DNA of 63,942 nucleotides, filler included, from Octopus bimaculoides (GCF_001194135.2; 5 parts of 5 records of this genome joined end to end with filler, not necessarily neighbours in it), one strand, 5' to 3'; counted from the first letter of the whole stretch, positions 50,321-62,954 are shown. The notes: generated by a model from the sequence alone, not told the origin. Translations and numbers: made by a program.

Positions 50321-50743
50321 AGCTATTGGCTCTCGAACGAACGAACGTACATACGTTCAGGCCAAGAGCAACGAACGAAGTTCCGTAACTCCTGGTTCCA
50401 ACGAACGTACGTACGTTCAGGCCAAGAGCAACGAACGAAGTTCCGTGGCTCTTGGTTCGAACGAACGTATGTACGTTCGTCTGAAGAGCAACGAACGAAG
50501 TTCCGTAGCTCTTGGCTCGAACGAACGTACGTACGTTCGGGCCAAGAGCAACGATCGAAGTTCCGCTGCTCTTGGTTCGAATGAATGTACGTACGTTCGG
50601 TCCAAGAGCAATGAACGAAGTTCCGTAGCTCTTCGCCCGAATGAACGTACGTACGTTCAGGCCAAGAGCAACGAACGAAGTTCCTTAACTCCTGGCTCCA
50701 ACGAACGTACGTACGTTCGGGCCAAGAGCAACGAACGAAGTTC
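50319..50743 (+). repeat. 60-bp tandem repeat, 7 copies
   Basis: ACGAACGTACGTACGTTCGGGCCAAGAGCAACGAACGAAGTTCCGTAGCTCTTGGCTCGA; units start at 50341, 50401, 50461, 50521, 50581, 50641 and 50701. Confidence 0.97.
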
Positions 50744-50884
50744 TGAGTATGGGATACGTACTTCCGGAAAATACCGAGGTGGTCCTGGAAAGTTCCGAGG
50801 ATCGGATAGGTACTTCCTGGAAAATTTGAGGACTTCCTGTGAAGTTCCGAGGATTTCATGGAAAGGTCCTAGGATGAGAAACGT

Positions 50885-50965
50885 TCACGTAACTTAGCGG
50901 TTCGGTAATGGAGGTCGTTAAAATGTCCTCGTAAATTAGCGGTTCGGCAATGGAGTATTGAAAAT
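50885..50965 (-). repeat. Two reverse-oriented 42-bp satellite units
   Basis: GTAACTTAGCGGTTCGGTAATGG...AAATTAGCGGTTCGGCAATGG. Confidence 0.85.
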
Positions 50966-52671
50966 GTCTGTTAAAAATGTTTGACGATGTTTGTTAAAAT
51001 GTATCATGACGAATTTTTAGTGCTAATGATGTCACAAGATGTTTGACGAGGTTTGAAAGGAAATGTTTGATGAAAATGTTTGGTTTGGGGAAAATATTTT
51101 CATCAAACATCTATCAATCATCTTTATCAAACACGTTTAATGAAGATGTTTGATAAAAATGTTTGATGAAAATATTTCATGAAAATGTTTGAAGAAAATG
51201 TTTGATGGAAATATTTGATGAAAATGTTTGAAGATGTTTGGCAAAAACATTTGATGCTTCAAATTGTTTGATGAAGGTGTTTGATGGATGTCGATGTTCC
51301 ATGACATTTGACGATGATGTTTGATGAAAATGTTTGATGACGATGTTTGTTAAAAATGTTTCATGACGAATTTTTAGTGCTTATGGAGATGCTTCCTGAA
51401 GATGATTGAAGGTGTTTCAAGGAAGATAGATGTTTGATAAAAATGTTTGGTTTCTGGAAAATATTTTAATCAAACATCCATAACTCTTCTTCATCAAACA
51501 CGTTTGATGAAAATGTTTGATAAAAATTTTTGATGAAATTTTTGATGGAAATGTTTGATGAAAATGTTGGTAGAAGTTTGGCAAAATCATTTGCTGCTTG
51601 AAAGTGTTCGGTGTTTCATGATATTTGACGTTGATGTTTGATAAAAATGTTTGTTAAAAATGTTTGACAATGTTTTATAAAATGTTTCATGACAATTTTT
51701 AGTGCTAATGAACATGTTTCATGAAGATTTTGAAGACGTTTGAAGGAAAATGTTTGATAAAAATGTTTGGTTTGGGGAAAATATTTTCATCAAACATCCA
51801 TAAATCTTCTTTATCAAACACGTTTGATGAAGATGTTTGATAAAAATGTTTGATGAAAATATTTGATGAAAATGTTTCATTAAAATGTTTGATGGAAACA
51901 TTTGATGAAAGCGTTTGAAGATGTTTGATGAAAACATTTGATGCTTCAAAGTGTTTGATGAAGATGTTTGATGGATGTCGGTGTTTCATGACATTTGAAG
52001 ATGATGATGTTTGATGAAAATGTTTGAAGATGTTTGGTGAAAATGTTTGATGACGATGTTTGTCAAAAATGTTACATGATGAATTTTTAGTGCTAATGAA
52101 GATATTTCATTAAGATGTTTGAAGACGTTTGATGGAAGATGATTGATGATAATGTTTGATAACAATGCTTGAAACCTTATCAAATGTTTGTAGATGTATG
52201 ATGATGATGTTTGATGAAAATGTTTGACAAATTACTTTGATGTTTCAAAATGTTTGAGGAAAATGTTCTATTATCTTATGTCTGATGAAAATATTTTATG
52301 CCGATCTTTGATGTTTGATGGATGTCGGTGTTTTATGACATTTAATGATGATGTTTGATGAAAAGGTTTCAAGTTGTTTGATGAAAATGTTTGATGACGA
52401 TGTTAAAAATGTTTCATGGCGATTTTTATTGCTAACGAAGATGTTAAATGAAGATGTTTGAAGACGTTTGAAGGAAGATGTTTGATGATAATGTTTGATG
52501 AAAATGTTTGGTTTGGGGAAAATATTTTCATCAAACATCCATCAATTATCATTATCAAACAGGTATGATGAAGATGTTTGATAAAAATGTTTGATGAAAA
52601 TATTTGATGAAAATGTTTCATTAAAATGTTTGATGGAAATATTTGATGAAAATGTTTGAAGATGTTTGATG
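50966..52671 (+). repeat. ~13-bp degenerate satellite (GATGAAAATGTTT) with a ~325-390-bp higher-order period
   Basis: Landmark ATTTTTAGTGCTAATGA at ~51013, 51370, 51695, 52083 and 52422. Confidence 0.92.
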
Positions 52672-53241
52672 ATAACGGAAACTAACGGGAACTAACGGAA
52701 ACTAACGGAAAATAACGGAAATTAACGGAAACTAACGGAAAATAAAGGAAACTAACTCTTTCTCGCCCTCTCTGTCTGTCTGTCTGTCTCTCTCTCAGTC
52801 TCTCTCTCTCTTTCGCTCAATCGCTGTCTCTCTGTCTCTGTCTCTCTGTATTTCTTTCTCTCTGTCTCCCTCTCTCGAGAGAGAGATGGATGTGCGTACG
52901 TGCCTACGTTAATAAGTATGCTCCTCTCTCTTGCTCTTCTCTGTCTCTCGCTCCACTCTCTTTCGCTGCGCTCTCTCTCTCCCTCTTCTCTCTCTCTCCC
53001 TCTTCTCTCTCTCTCCCTCTTCTCTCTCTCTCCCTCTTCTCTCTCTCTCCCTCCTCTCGCTTCTCTCTCTCTCACACTTCTCTCTCTCTCGCTCTGCTCT
53101 CCCTCTATCGTTCCTCTTTCTCTCGCTCCTCTCTCTCTTGTTCCTCTCTCTCTCGCTCATCTCTCTCTCTCTCGTTCCTCTCTCTCTCGCTCCTCTCTCT
53201 CTCTCGCCCCTCTCTCTCCCACTCTACTCTCTCTCTCACTC

Positions 53242-53279
<38 letters not shown>

Positions 53280-54679
53280 CCTCTCTTTCTCTCGATCTTT
53301 TCTCTCTCTCGTTCTACACTCTCTCTCGCTCCACTCTCCCCTTGCTTCTCTCTCTCGCTCCTCTCTCTCTCGCTCCACACTCTCTCTCGCTCCTCTCTTT
53401 CCCTTGCTCCTCTTTCTCTCTCTCGCTTCTCTTTCTCTCTCTCGCTCCTCTTTCTCTCTCTCGCTCCTCTCTCTCCTCTTTCTCTTTTTCTCCTCTCCCT
53501 CTTCCTCCTCACTCTCTTGCTCCTATCTCGTTCCTCTCTCTATCTTGCTCCTATCATTTTTGCTCCTCTCTCTGTTGCTCCTCTCTCTCTACCGCTAACG
53601 AGAAGTAACGGAATCTAACGGAAACTAACGGGAACTAACGGAAACTAACGGAAAGTAACGGAAACTAAAGGACACTAACGGAATGTATCGGCAACTAACG
53701 GAAAGTAACTGAAAGTAACAATTTCTCTCCCTGTCTGTCTCTCTCTATCTCTGTGTTTCTCTCTCGCTCTATCTCTGTCCCTCTGTCTCTCTCTATCTCT
53801 TTCTCTCTTTCTCTGCCTCTCTGCCTCTCTGTCTCTCTGTCTCTTTGTCTCTCTCTCTCTCTTTCTTTCTCTCTCTGTCTCTCACTCCCTCTCGCCCACT
53901 CCCTTTCTGTCGCACTCTCTCTCTCTCTCTCGCCCTATCACTGTCTCTCTCTCTATCTATCTCTTGCTCTCTCTCCCTCTCTCTCCCTCTCTCGCTGTCT
54001 CTCTCGCTGTCTCTCTCGCTCCGCTCTCTCTCTCTCTCTCTTGCACCTCTCTCTCTCGTATGTATGGATGTACTTACGTGCCTAACTTAGTATGTATGGA
54101 TATACATACGTGTCTACGTACGTATGTATGGATGTACGTATGTATGGATGTACGTGTGTACCTATGAACGTATGTATGGATGTACCTACGTACCTACGTA
54201 AATATGTATGGGGTATGTACGTACCTGCCTAATTATGTATGGATGTACGTACGTAACTGCGTACGTATGTATGTATGTACGTACGTATCTACGTACGTAT
54301 GGATGGATGTACGTACGTACCTACGTACGTATCTATGGATGTACGTACGTGTCTACGTTAGTATTATGATCCTATCTCTTGCTCCACTGTCTCTCTCTCG
54401 CTCTTCTCTCTCTCTCTCTCGCTCCTCTCCTTCTCTCGCTCCTCTCCTTCTCTCGCTCCACTCTTTCTCTCGCACTTCTCTCGCTCCTCTCTCTCTCGGT
54501 CCTCTGTCTCTCTGGCTCCTCTTTCTCTCGTTCGTCTCTCTCTCTCTCTCTCTCCTGTCTCTCTCTCGCTCCTGTCTCTCTCTCGCTCCTGTCTCTCTCT
54601 CGCTCCTGTCTCTCTCTCTCGCTCCTGTCTCTCTCTCGCTCCTGTCTCTCTCTCGCTCCTGTCTCTCTCTCCTCTCTCG
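52672..54679 (+). repeat. Two tandem copies of a ~1-kb composite module: (AACGGAAACT)n, CT-rich, GTAC-rich, (CTCGCTCCTCT)n
   Basis: Copy 1 is ~52672-53595. Copy 2 is ~53596-54679 and runs into a gap. The sub-blocks occur in the same order in both. Confidence 0.8.
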
Positions 54680-55667
54680 NNNNNNNNNNNNNNNNNNNNN
54701 NNNNNNNNNNNNNNNNNNNNNNNNNNNNNNNNNNNNNNNNNNNNNNNNNNNNNNNNNNNNNNNNNNNNNNNNNNNNNNNNNNNNNNNNNNNNNNNNNNNN
54801 NNNNNNNNNNNNNNNNNNNNNNNNNNNNNNNNNNNNNNNNNNNNNNNNNNNNNNNNNNNNNNNNNNNNNNNNNNNNNNNNNNNNNNNNNNNNNNNNNNNN
54901 NNNNNNNNNNNNNNNNNNNNNNNNNNNNNNNNNNNNNNNNNNNNNNNNNNNNNNNNNNNNNNNNNNNNNNNNNNNNNNNNNNNNNNNNNNNNNNNNNNNN
55001 NNNNNNNNNNNNNNNNNNNNNNNNNNNNNNNNNNNNNNNNNNNNNNNNNNNNNNNNNNNNNNNNNNNNNNNNNNNNNNNNNNNNNNNNNNNNNNNNNNNN
55101 NNNNNNNNNNNNNNNNNNNNNNNNNNNNNNNNNNNNNNNNNNNNNNNNNNNNNNNNNNNNNNNNNNNNNNNNNNNNNNNNNNNNNNNNNNNNNNNNNNNN
55201 NNNNNNNNNNNNNNNNNNNNNNNNNNNNNNNNNNNNNNNNNNNNNNNNNNNNNNNNNNNNNNNNNNNNNNNNNNNNNNNNNNNNNNNNNNNNNNNNNNNN
55301 NNNNNNNNNNNNNNNNNNNNNNNNNNNNNNNNNNNNNNNNNNNNNNNNNNNNNNNNNNNNNNNNNNNNNNNNNNNNNNNNNNNNNNNNNNNNNNNNNNNN
55401 NNNNNNNNNNNNNNNNNNNNNNNNNNNNNNNNNNNNNNNNNNNNNNNNNNNNNNNNNNNNNNNNNNNNNNNNNNNNNNNNNNNNNNNNNNNNNNNNNNNN
55501 NNNNNNNNNNNNNNNNNNNNNNNNNNNNNNNNNNNNNNNNNNNNNNNNNNNNNNNNNNNNNNNNNNNNNNNNNNNNNNNNNNNNNNNNNNNNNNNNNNNN
55601 NNNNNNNNNNNNNNNNNNNNNNNNNNNNNNNNNNNNNNNNNNNNNNNNNNNNNNNNNNNNNNNNNNN

Positions 55668-55827
55668 TTTATCAAATGTTTGTAGATGTATGATGATGAT
55701 GTTTGATGAAAATACTTGATGACGATGTTTGATGAAAATGTTTGACAAAGACATTTGATGCCTCAAAGTGTTTGATGAAGTTGTTCTCTTATATTATGTC
55801 TCAGGAAAATGTTTGATGACGATGTTT
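55668..55827 (+). repeat. 13-bp satellite fragment
   Basis: Matches 52176-52290 (TTATCAAATGTTTGTAGATGTATGATGATGATG). Confidence 0.85.
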
Positions 55828-55877
55828 GAGAGACAGAGAGTCAGAGATTGAAAGAGAGACAGATAGGGAGAGAAAGA

Positions 55878-57674
55878 GTTACTTTCCGCAAGTTTCCGTT
55901 AGTTTCCGTTACATTCCGTTAGTTTCCGTTACTTTCCGTCATTTTCCGTTATTTTCCGTTGCCTTCCGTTCTTTTCCGTTACTTTCCGTTAGTTTCGGTT
56001 ACTTTCAGTACGTTTCCGTTAGTTTCCGTTAGTTTCAGTTACTTTACGCTAGTTTCTGTTAGTTTCCGTTACTTTCCATTAGTTTTCGTTACTTTCCGTT
56101 ACTTTCCGTTGCTTTCCGTTAGTATCGGTTAGTTTCCGTTATTTTCGTTAGTTTCCGTTAGTTTCCGTTACTTTCCGTTAGTTCCCGTTAGTTTCCGTTA
56201 CTTTCCGTTAGTTCCCGCTAGTTTCCGTTACTTTCCGTTAGTATCCGTTAGTTCCCGTTAGTTTCCGTTACTTTATGTTAGTTTCCGTTAGTTTCCGTTA
56301 CTTTTCGTTAGTTTCCGTTAGTTTCCGTTACTTTCCATTAGTTTCCGTTGCTTTCCGATAGTTTCCATTACTTTCCGTTACCTGCCGTTAGTTTCCTTTA
56401 TTTCCGTTAGTTCCCGTTAGTTTCCGTTAGTTTCCGTTACTTTTCATTCGTTTCCGCTAATTTCCGTTAGTTTCCGTTACTTTCCGTTAGTTTCCGTTAG
56501 TTTCCGTTATTTCCGTTAGTTCCCGTTAGTTTCCGTTAGTTTCCGTTACTTTTCGTTAGTTTCCCATAGTTTCCGTTAGTTTCCGTTAATTCCCGTTAGT
56601 TTCCTTTCTTTCCGTTAGTTCCCGTTACTTTCCGTTAGGTTCCGATTGTTTCCGTTAGTTTCCGTTAGATTCCGTTACTTTCCGTTACTTTCCGTTAGAT
56701 TACGTTACTTTCCGTTAGTTTCCATTACTTTCTGTTAGTTCCCTTTACTTTCCGTTAGTTTCTGTTAGATTCCGTTACTTTCCGTTAGTTTCCGTTTGTT
56801 TCCGTTACATTCAGTTACTTTCCGTTAGTTTCCGTTATTTTTCGTTAATTTCTATTAGATTCCGTTAGTTTCCTTTACTTTCCGTTACTTTGCGTTAGTT
56901 TCCGTTACATTCTGTTACTTTCCTTTATTTTCCGTTATTTTCCGTTGCTTTTCGTTAGTTTCGGTTAGTTTCCGTTATTTTCGTTAGTTTCCGCTAATTT
57001 ACGTCAGTTTCCGTTACATTCCGTTGCTTTCCGTTAGTTTCGGTTATTTCCGTTAGTTCCCGTTAGTTTCCGTTAGTTTCCGTTACTTTTCGTTAGTTCC
57101 CCATAGTTTCCGTTAGTTTCCGTTAATTTCCGTTAGTTTTGCGTTACTTCTCGATAGTTTCCGATAGTTTCCGTTACCTTCCGTTAGTTTCCGTTATTTC
57201 CGTTAATTCCCGTTAGTTTCCTTTCTTTCCGTTAGTTCCCGTTACTTTCCGTTAGGTTCCGTTTGTTTCCGTTAGTTTCCGTTACTTTCCGTTAGATTAC
57301 GTTACTTTCCGTTACTTTCCATTACTTTATGTTAGTTCCCTTTACTTTCCGTTAGTTTCCGTAAGTTTCTGTTAGATTCCGTTACTTTCCCTTACTTTCC
57401 GTTTGTTTCCGTTACATTCAGTTACTTTGCGTTAGCTTCCGTTACATTCTGTTACTTTCCTTTATTTTCCGTTGTTTTCCGTTGCTTTTCGTTAGTTTCG
57501 GTTAGTTTCCGTTATTTTCGTTAGTTTCCGTTACTTTCCTTTACTTTCCGTTAGTTCCCGTTAGTTTCCGTTACTTTCCGTTAGTTCCCGCTAGTTTCCG
57601 TTACTCTCCGTTAGCATCCGTTAGTTGCCGTTAGTTTCCGTTACTTTATGTTATTTTCCGTTGCTTTTCGTTAG
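55878..57674 (-). repeat. ~1.8-kb 10-bp satellite (TTTCCGTTAG/TTTCCGTTAC on the + strand)
   Basis: Roughly 180 units; reverse complement of the short arrays at 52672-52757 and 53596-53718. Confidence 0.97.
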
Positions 57675-57885
57675 TAAGAGCGGTAGAGAGAGAGGAGCAA
57701 AAATGATAGGAGCAAGCTAGAGAGAGGAACGAGATAGGAGGAAGAGAGTGTGGAGGAAGAAGGAGAGGAGCAAGAGAGAATGACGAGCGAGAGAGGTGCG
57801 AGAGAGAGAAAGAGGAGCGAGAGAGACAAAGAGGAGCGAGAGAGAGAGAGGAGCAAGGGAAAGAGAGGAGCGAGAGAGAGAAAAG

Positions 57886-57985
57886 NNNNNNNNNNNNNNN
57901 NNNNNNNNNNNNNNNNNNNNNNNNNNNNNTTAATTAATTAANNNNNNNNNNNNNNNNNNNNNNNNNNNNNNNNNNNNNNNNNNNN
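57886..57985. other. Artificial 100-bp scaffold-join spacer
   Basis: N44-TTAATTAATTAA-N44. Confidence 0.95.
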
Positions 57986-58400
57986 ATATATATATATATA
58001 TATATAAGGCACTGATCTATAATTTCCTACACATATTACACCCTAACAAACGAAGACAGTTTTAATTAATATGTCAGTGCTTGAAAAAAAAAAAAAGAAA
58101 AAAAAGCCACAACAAAAACAGGTGACAATGACATTCACCTCTTGTGTGTTTGATATCAGAAGGGTGACGCGATTGTGTGGCGATCGAGAATCACTGATAT
58201 GTGTGTTTGTGTGTGTGAGTGTGTATAAGAATTCACTCTGGGGTGGCGTGCATCTCCCTTAAATGATGTGACATCACGAATGATACCATATGAATGGTAT
58301 TCGCAGTCATAACATATATAATGAACATTGATTTTATCAAATGCTGCTAATACCTATCCTAAAATAACAAGTGATTACTAATTATCATATACATACATAC

Positions 58401-58439
<39 letters not shown>

Positions 58440-60365
58440 NNNNNNNNNNNNNNNNNNNNNNNNNNNNNNNNNNNNNNNNNNNNNNNNNNNNNNNNNNNNN
58501 NNNNNNNNNNNNNNNNNNNNNNNNNNNNNNNNNNNNNNNNNNNNNNNNNNNNNNNNNNNNNNNNNNNNNNNNNNNNNNNNNNNNNNNNNNNNNNNNNNNN
58601 NNNNNNNNNNNNNNNNNNNNNNNNNNNNNNNNNNNNNNNNNNNNNNNNNNNNNNNNNNNNNNNNNNNNNNNNNNNNNNNNNNNNNNNNNNNNNNNNNNNN
58701 NNNNNNNNNNNNNNNNNNNNNNNNNNNNNNNNNNNNNNNNNNNNNNNNNNNNNNNNNNNNNNNNNNNNNNNNNNNNNNNNNNNNNNNNNNNNNNNNNNNN
58801 NNNNNNNNNNNNNNNNNNNNNNNNNNNNNNNNNNNNNNNNNNNNNNNNNNNNNNNNNNNNNNNNNNNNNNNNNNNNNNNNNNNNNNNNNNNNNNNNNNNA
58901 TATATATATATATATACATGTTCCATAATTTGCAGGTAAACTGCATAATTTCGTACTGGGATTACCCATACACACATATAAAATATGATTGTATGATGAA
59001 TTATTTCAAAAGTTGGCGTGGTGTCATCATCCTATTGCATGCTCTGCCATCCTTATAGGATTAGCATGAACAATGTTTGAGAATTCAGTGGTTATATTTG
59101 TTACTCAACTGTAAACGATCTCCTCTTGGAGGGTAAATCTGTTTCACCACAGATCTCTCTATCTCTCGCTCTCTCTCCACACTCATCACATCGTTTGATG
59201 ACAACCTTCCCTCCATCATCATTTTGTAGATGTCACCTCCCACAAGACATTTTTGCTCTCTCTATCTACACACGCACATTATATATGTCATCGTTTTCTG
59301 TATGTGTCTCTACGTCTATCTCTTCATCTGTCTTCCTCTGCTTCTCATTGTGTCTGTCTCTGCTTTTCTTTCTTTCTTTCTTTCTCTGACGCTATCCGTT
59401 TCTTCCCGTTTGTCTCTCTCCGTTTCTTTAATTCTCTCTGCATGTCTTGTTACTTCTCTCTCTGGCTCTCTCTGCCTTCCACCGCTCTGTCTGTCTCTCC
59501 TCTCTCTCTCTGACCGTTCTCAGTCTCTCTGTTTCATTCACAATGCTGCCAGTGCCTGCTACACACAAACCCACCCACTATCTCAGTTTAAAAGTGTTGC
59601 GATGTGTTGAGTTTAGGAGGAAGATTAGAGAGAAAGAGAGTGAAAGAGAGCGTACCAACGCAAGTGCCTGATGCAGTTGTCAACCTGCTAGAGTACCTAG
59701 TGTGTGTATGTGTATCTTGACAAAAAAACGTCTGCTTAGTTAAACATTCTGTTGGTCTACTTTAACCAGTATTGGGTGGTACAATTCCCTGGGTGTGTCC
59801 CATAGTGGCTGTATCCACCGACTGTCGTTTTGGACATATTAATGTATAAATGAGTGTTGCTGTGTGAATATGCTAAATGTTGCTGTGTCGTGTGAATGTG
59901 TTGAATATTGATATATAGTTGCGTTAATGTGTTTAATGCGGCTGATAATGTAAGCATGATGGAGTGTTAATATAGACTGGTTTGTATGCATGTGTGTTTA
60001 GTTATAAGTGTGGCAGTGTGAGTACAGCTGTGTTAAATATATGTTGGTGTAGTTGTGTTAGTACAGCTGGTTTGTGTGAGTTAGTGAAGTTGTTGTTAGT
60101 AAGGTGTGCTAATTTCCGTGTCTATGTTAATACATGTTTAGTGTGACTGGGGTAATGTGTGTATTTTCAAGGCATATATCGTACGTATTAGTATGCAGGG
60201 GAAAATGTCCCTATTTCTCATATATATATATATATATATANNNNNNNNNNNNNNNNNNNNNNNNNNNNNNNNNNNNNNNNNNNNNNNNNNNNNNNNNNNN
60301 NNNNNNNNNNNNNNNNNNNNNNNNNNNNNNNNNNNNNNNNNNNNNNNNNNNNNNNNNNNNNNNNN

Positions 60366-60396
<31 letters not shown>

Positions 60397-60487
60397 ATAT
60401 CAATATCGGAATGCATATACATATATTGGCTTAATGTGTATTGATATGTACCTGTAAATATATGCATAAATTCATGTACATATGCAT

Positions 60488-60525
<38 letters not shown>

Positions 60526-61722
60526 TCACACACATACATATATACGTGTCAATGTATGTGATGTGTGTAACTGTATATTTACACACACACACACACACAG
60601 CTAACTAGCGTGATCCCTACAAATATCAGAGGCTGCTTAGAATATGGTACGCATGTCTGATGACCCTCTGCTGTTTCGCATCTCCGCAGAAATGTACAGA
60701 TCCCTAATAACACCTAATTTATAAGGCACTTCGACAGTCTTGAGAGACCTCGACGACTTTAATAAACTGAGAATATACAGGTATCCAATAGAAATTTAGG
60801 CTAGGATTTACTTAGATTTGTACTTACTGCCTATGTACCTACCTACTTCCTCGCATTCTCGGGGCTACTTAGAACTGCACAGGTATTTATTTTAGGAAGG
60901 CGGTGGGGAGACTACCTGATAAATACACAGCCATATCTCACGCTCCAAAAATACAAACTAGGGGTTTCTTTAGGCTACAATTATACCTTCTGTCAGCTTC
61001 TTCGTATAATGTAAAATAATCTTGCTTTCCTATGTCTCGCTTAATACCGCAAACACTAGGGGACTAATTGGCCCACTCAGTGGTTGTTTGAAAGGTTAGA
61101 AATAGAATCAAAATCTCCATCTAATCACACTGTACCTTCTTAAACAAAGCAGGATTCATTGTTTTATGTAGTCATAAATATGACTGAAAAAAAAAACAGT
61201 ATTAAAATAAAATAAAACAGGCAGTTAACAGGAGTGCATTTGCTCCGTTACTGCTAATTTGGGGAGCGACATCATCCTAGAAACTTTGAGCTAATGTGGT
61301 CGCTCATCGTATTAGAAATGGCAGTTAGATCTCCCTCATATCGCACACTACTGTCTTAGAAGTGAGAGGGAAACATTGTCCACTATAAACAAAAAGACAG
61401 GATGTTTTTGATCGTAGTTCTGCTCTATCTGCCCTGACATACTTCTGCTTGATCAGCCCTGACAACAGCTGTATATAAATATTTATCCTCATTAGGGTAT
61501 GTGTGTGTGGTGGTGGTGGTGGGGCACCTGATAGTGTACGTGTAGTCAGCCAAACGTCACGGAACTAATTGTACACAAGAAAAGATTTAGCAATATGGTT
61601 TTTCTCCTTATTTGTTAGAGAAGAGATTAACGTTCCACCATGCTCATGCTGTCTTGTTCCCTCTGTGTATAGGGATTGTGTTTATAGTGACACAGACACA
61701 CACACACACACACACTTTCTCC

Positions 61723-61755
<33 letters not shown>

Positions 61756-62954
61756 CACACATTGTCTTTGTGTACTGTGTGTGATTTCTTTAAAGTTCAG
61801 CCTGTTGTCAGTTGATATGATTCTAGGTCAGGAAAATGTCTTTCTGATTTAGTCTCTCAGTGTCTAAATATTCCTGTTTCTTTTAATAGGTACGAGCACC
61901 TCGCTCATACATATATGTGTAGGTATATTTTTAGTGACAGTATATCAATTTTGTTGTTAGCTTTATAGCGTTACCACCGAAGATGGGTTATTTTGCATTC
62001 GCGTGCACCACTATAATTGTTAGCAAGTAAACATTAACCAATACTTCTTTAAATTCACGCTAGAGAAAGTAGTTAGGGTTAAAAAACAAACAAAACTATT
62101 AGTGATTGAGGAGCTGTTCATTACTGACCGAGATGACCTCTGATTAAAGACATTTTGGTCATACCCAGGACTAATACACACACAATTTGTGTGTGTATGT
62201 GTATATTTATTGTGTATGTGTGTATAACGCATATGTATATATGTAGGTTTGTATATACATGTGTGTTTAAGTGTGAATATATATTTATATAAGTCTATAT
62301 TTATGTATATGTGCATATACGTAGATTTTTCATTTATTTACTAGGTCTTGAAGAAGGGGAAAGATTTGTTATTAGTGTTCCTCTTGAATCTTTATAAGTT
62401 AACATTTATAGAAAAGATAGGAACAGAAAGGAAATTCCTGAGGGTTGACATTCTAGGGTGGAAGAAATGGGTGTAGTGAGTTGTGTCGGGCCTAAGGAGT
62501 CGGACACTAAAGGATGAGGTTGAAGAGAAACATTTAGGACGGGAGTATTTAAGTTGAGGTGGCATGAACACAGCTACATTTATGGAGCAGGGGTCGTTTA
62601 AAACAGTAGAATAGGCAGTGAAAAGAAACAACATACTTGTGGGTCAGTGGCTGGAGATTGTTTGTGTGTGACTTTATGTCAGTCATATGACTGACTATTT
62701 TCTGGATACAGTCAAGGACAGGGTTCCACACGACTCTTGCAGGGTTCATATTTTGTTGTGAAAAATTGTGTATTCAATTGGTTATATTTCTACAATACAC
62801 AAAATATTTCGACAAATCTTTTATACAATTGCTAATATTTGATTATAAAAATATAATAATAGCAATTTTTAAACATTGAATGGTTATGAGAATCCATCCA
62901 AGAAAAATTGAAATCAAAGGTGCCCATAAGTAAAAATGGTTGAGAACCACTGGT

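Noticed and set aside
49116-50743. CRISPR-like array (42-bp and 60-bp repeats with palindromes)
   Set aside because: The units are contiguous tandem repeats with no unique spacers, there are no cas genes, and the context is eukaryotic.
49115-50897. Repeat proteins (HGDILSISIAEPL.. 14-mer; SNERTYVRAKSNERSS.. 20-mer)
   Set aside because: Open frames follow from unit lengths divisible by 3. The 41- and 43-bp units shift the frame, and several frames on both strands are open.
52752-55766. SL-rich and RE-rich ORFs
   Set aside because: These are translations of CT/GA microsatellite and N gaps.
55878-57674. Telomeric repeat
   Set aside because: The unit is not TTAGGG-type, is heterogeneous, and is flanked by module sequence on both sides.
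59757-60130. Possible LINE endonuclease remnant or ORF
   Set aside because: Only vague compositional resemblance; no diagnostic motif.
60650-60705. Hammerhead (TGTCTGATGACCCTCTGC...GCAGAAAT)
   Set aside because: CTGATGA and GAAA are present, but stem II does not close at the core and stems I and III are not formed.
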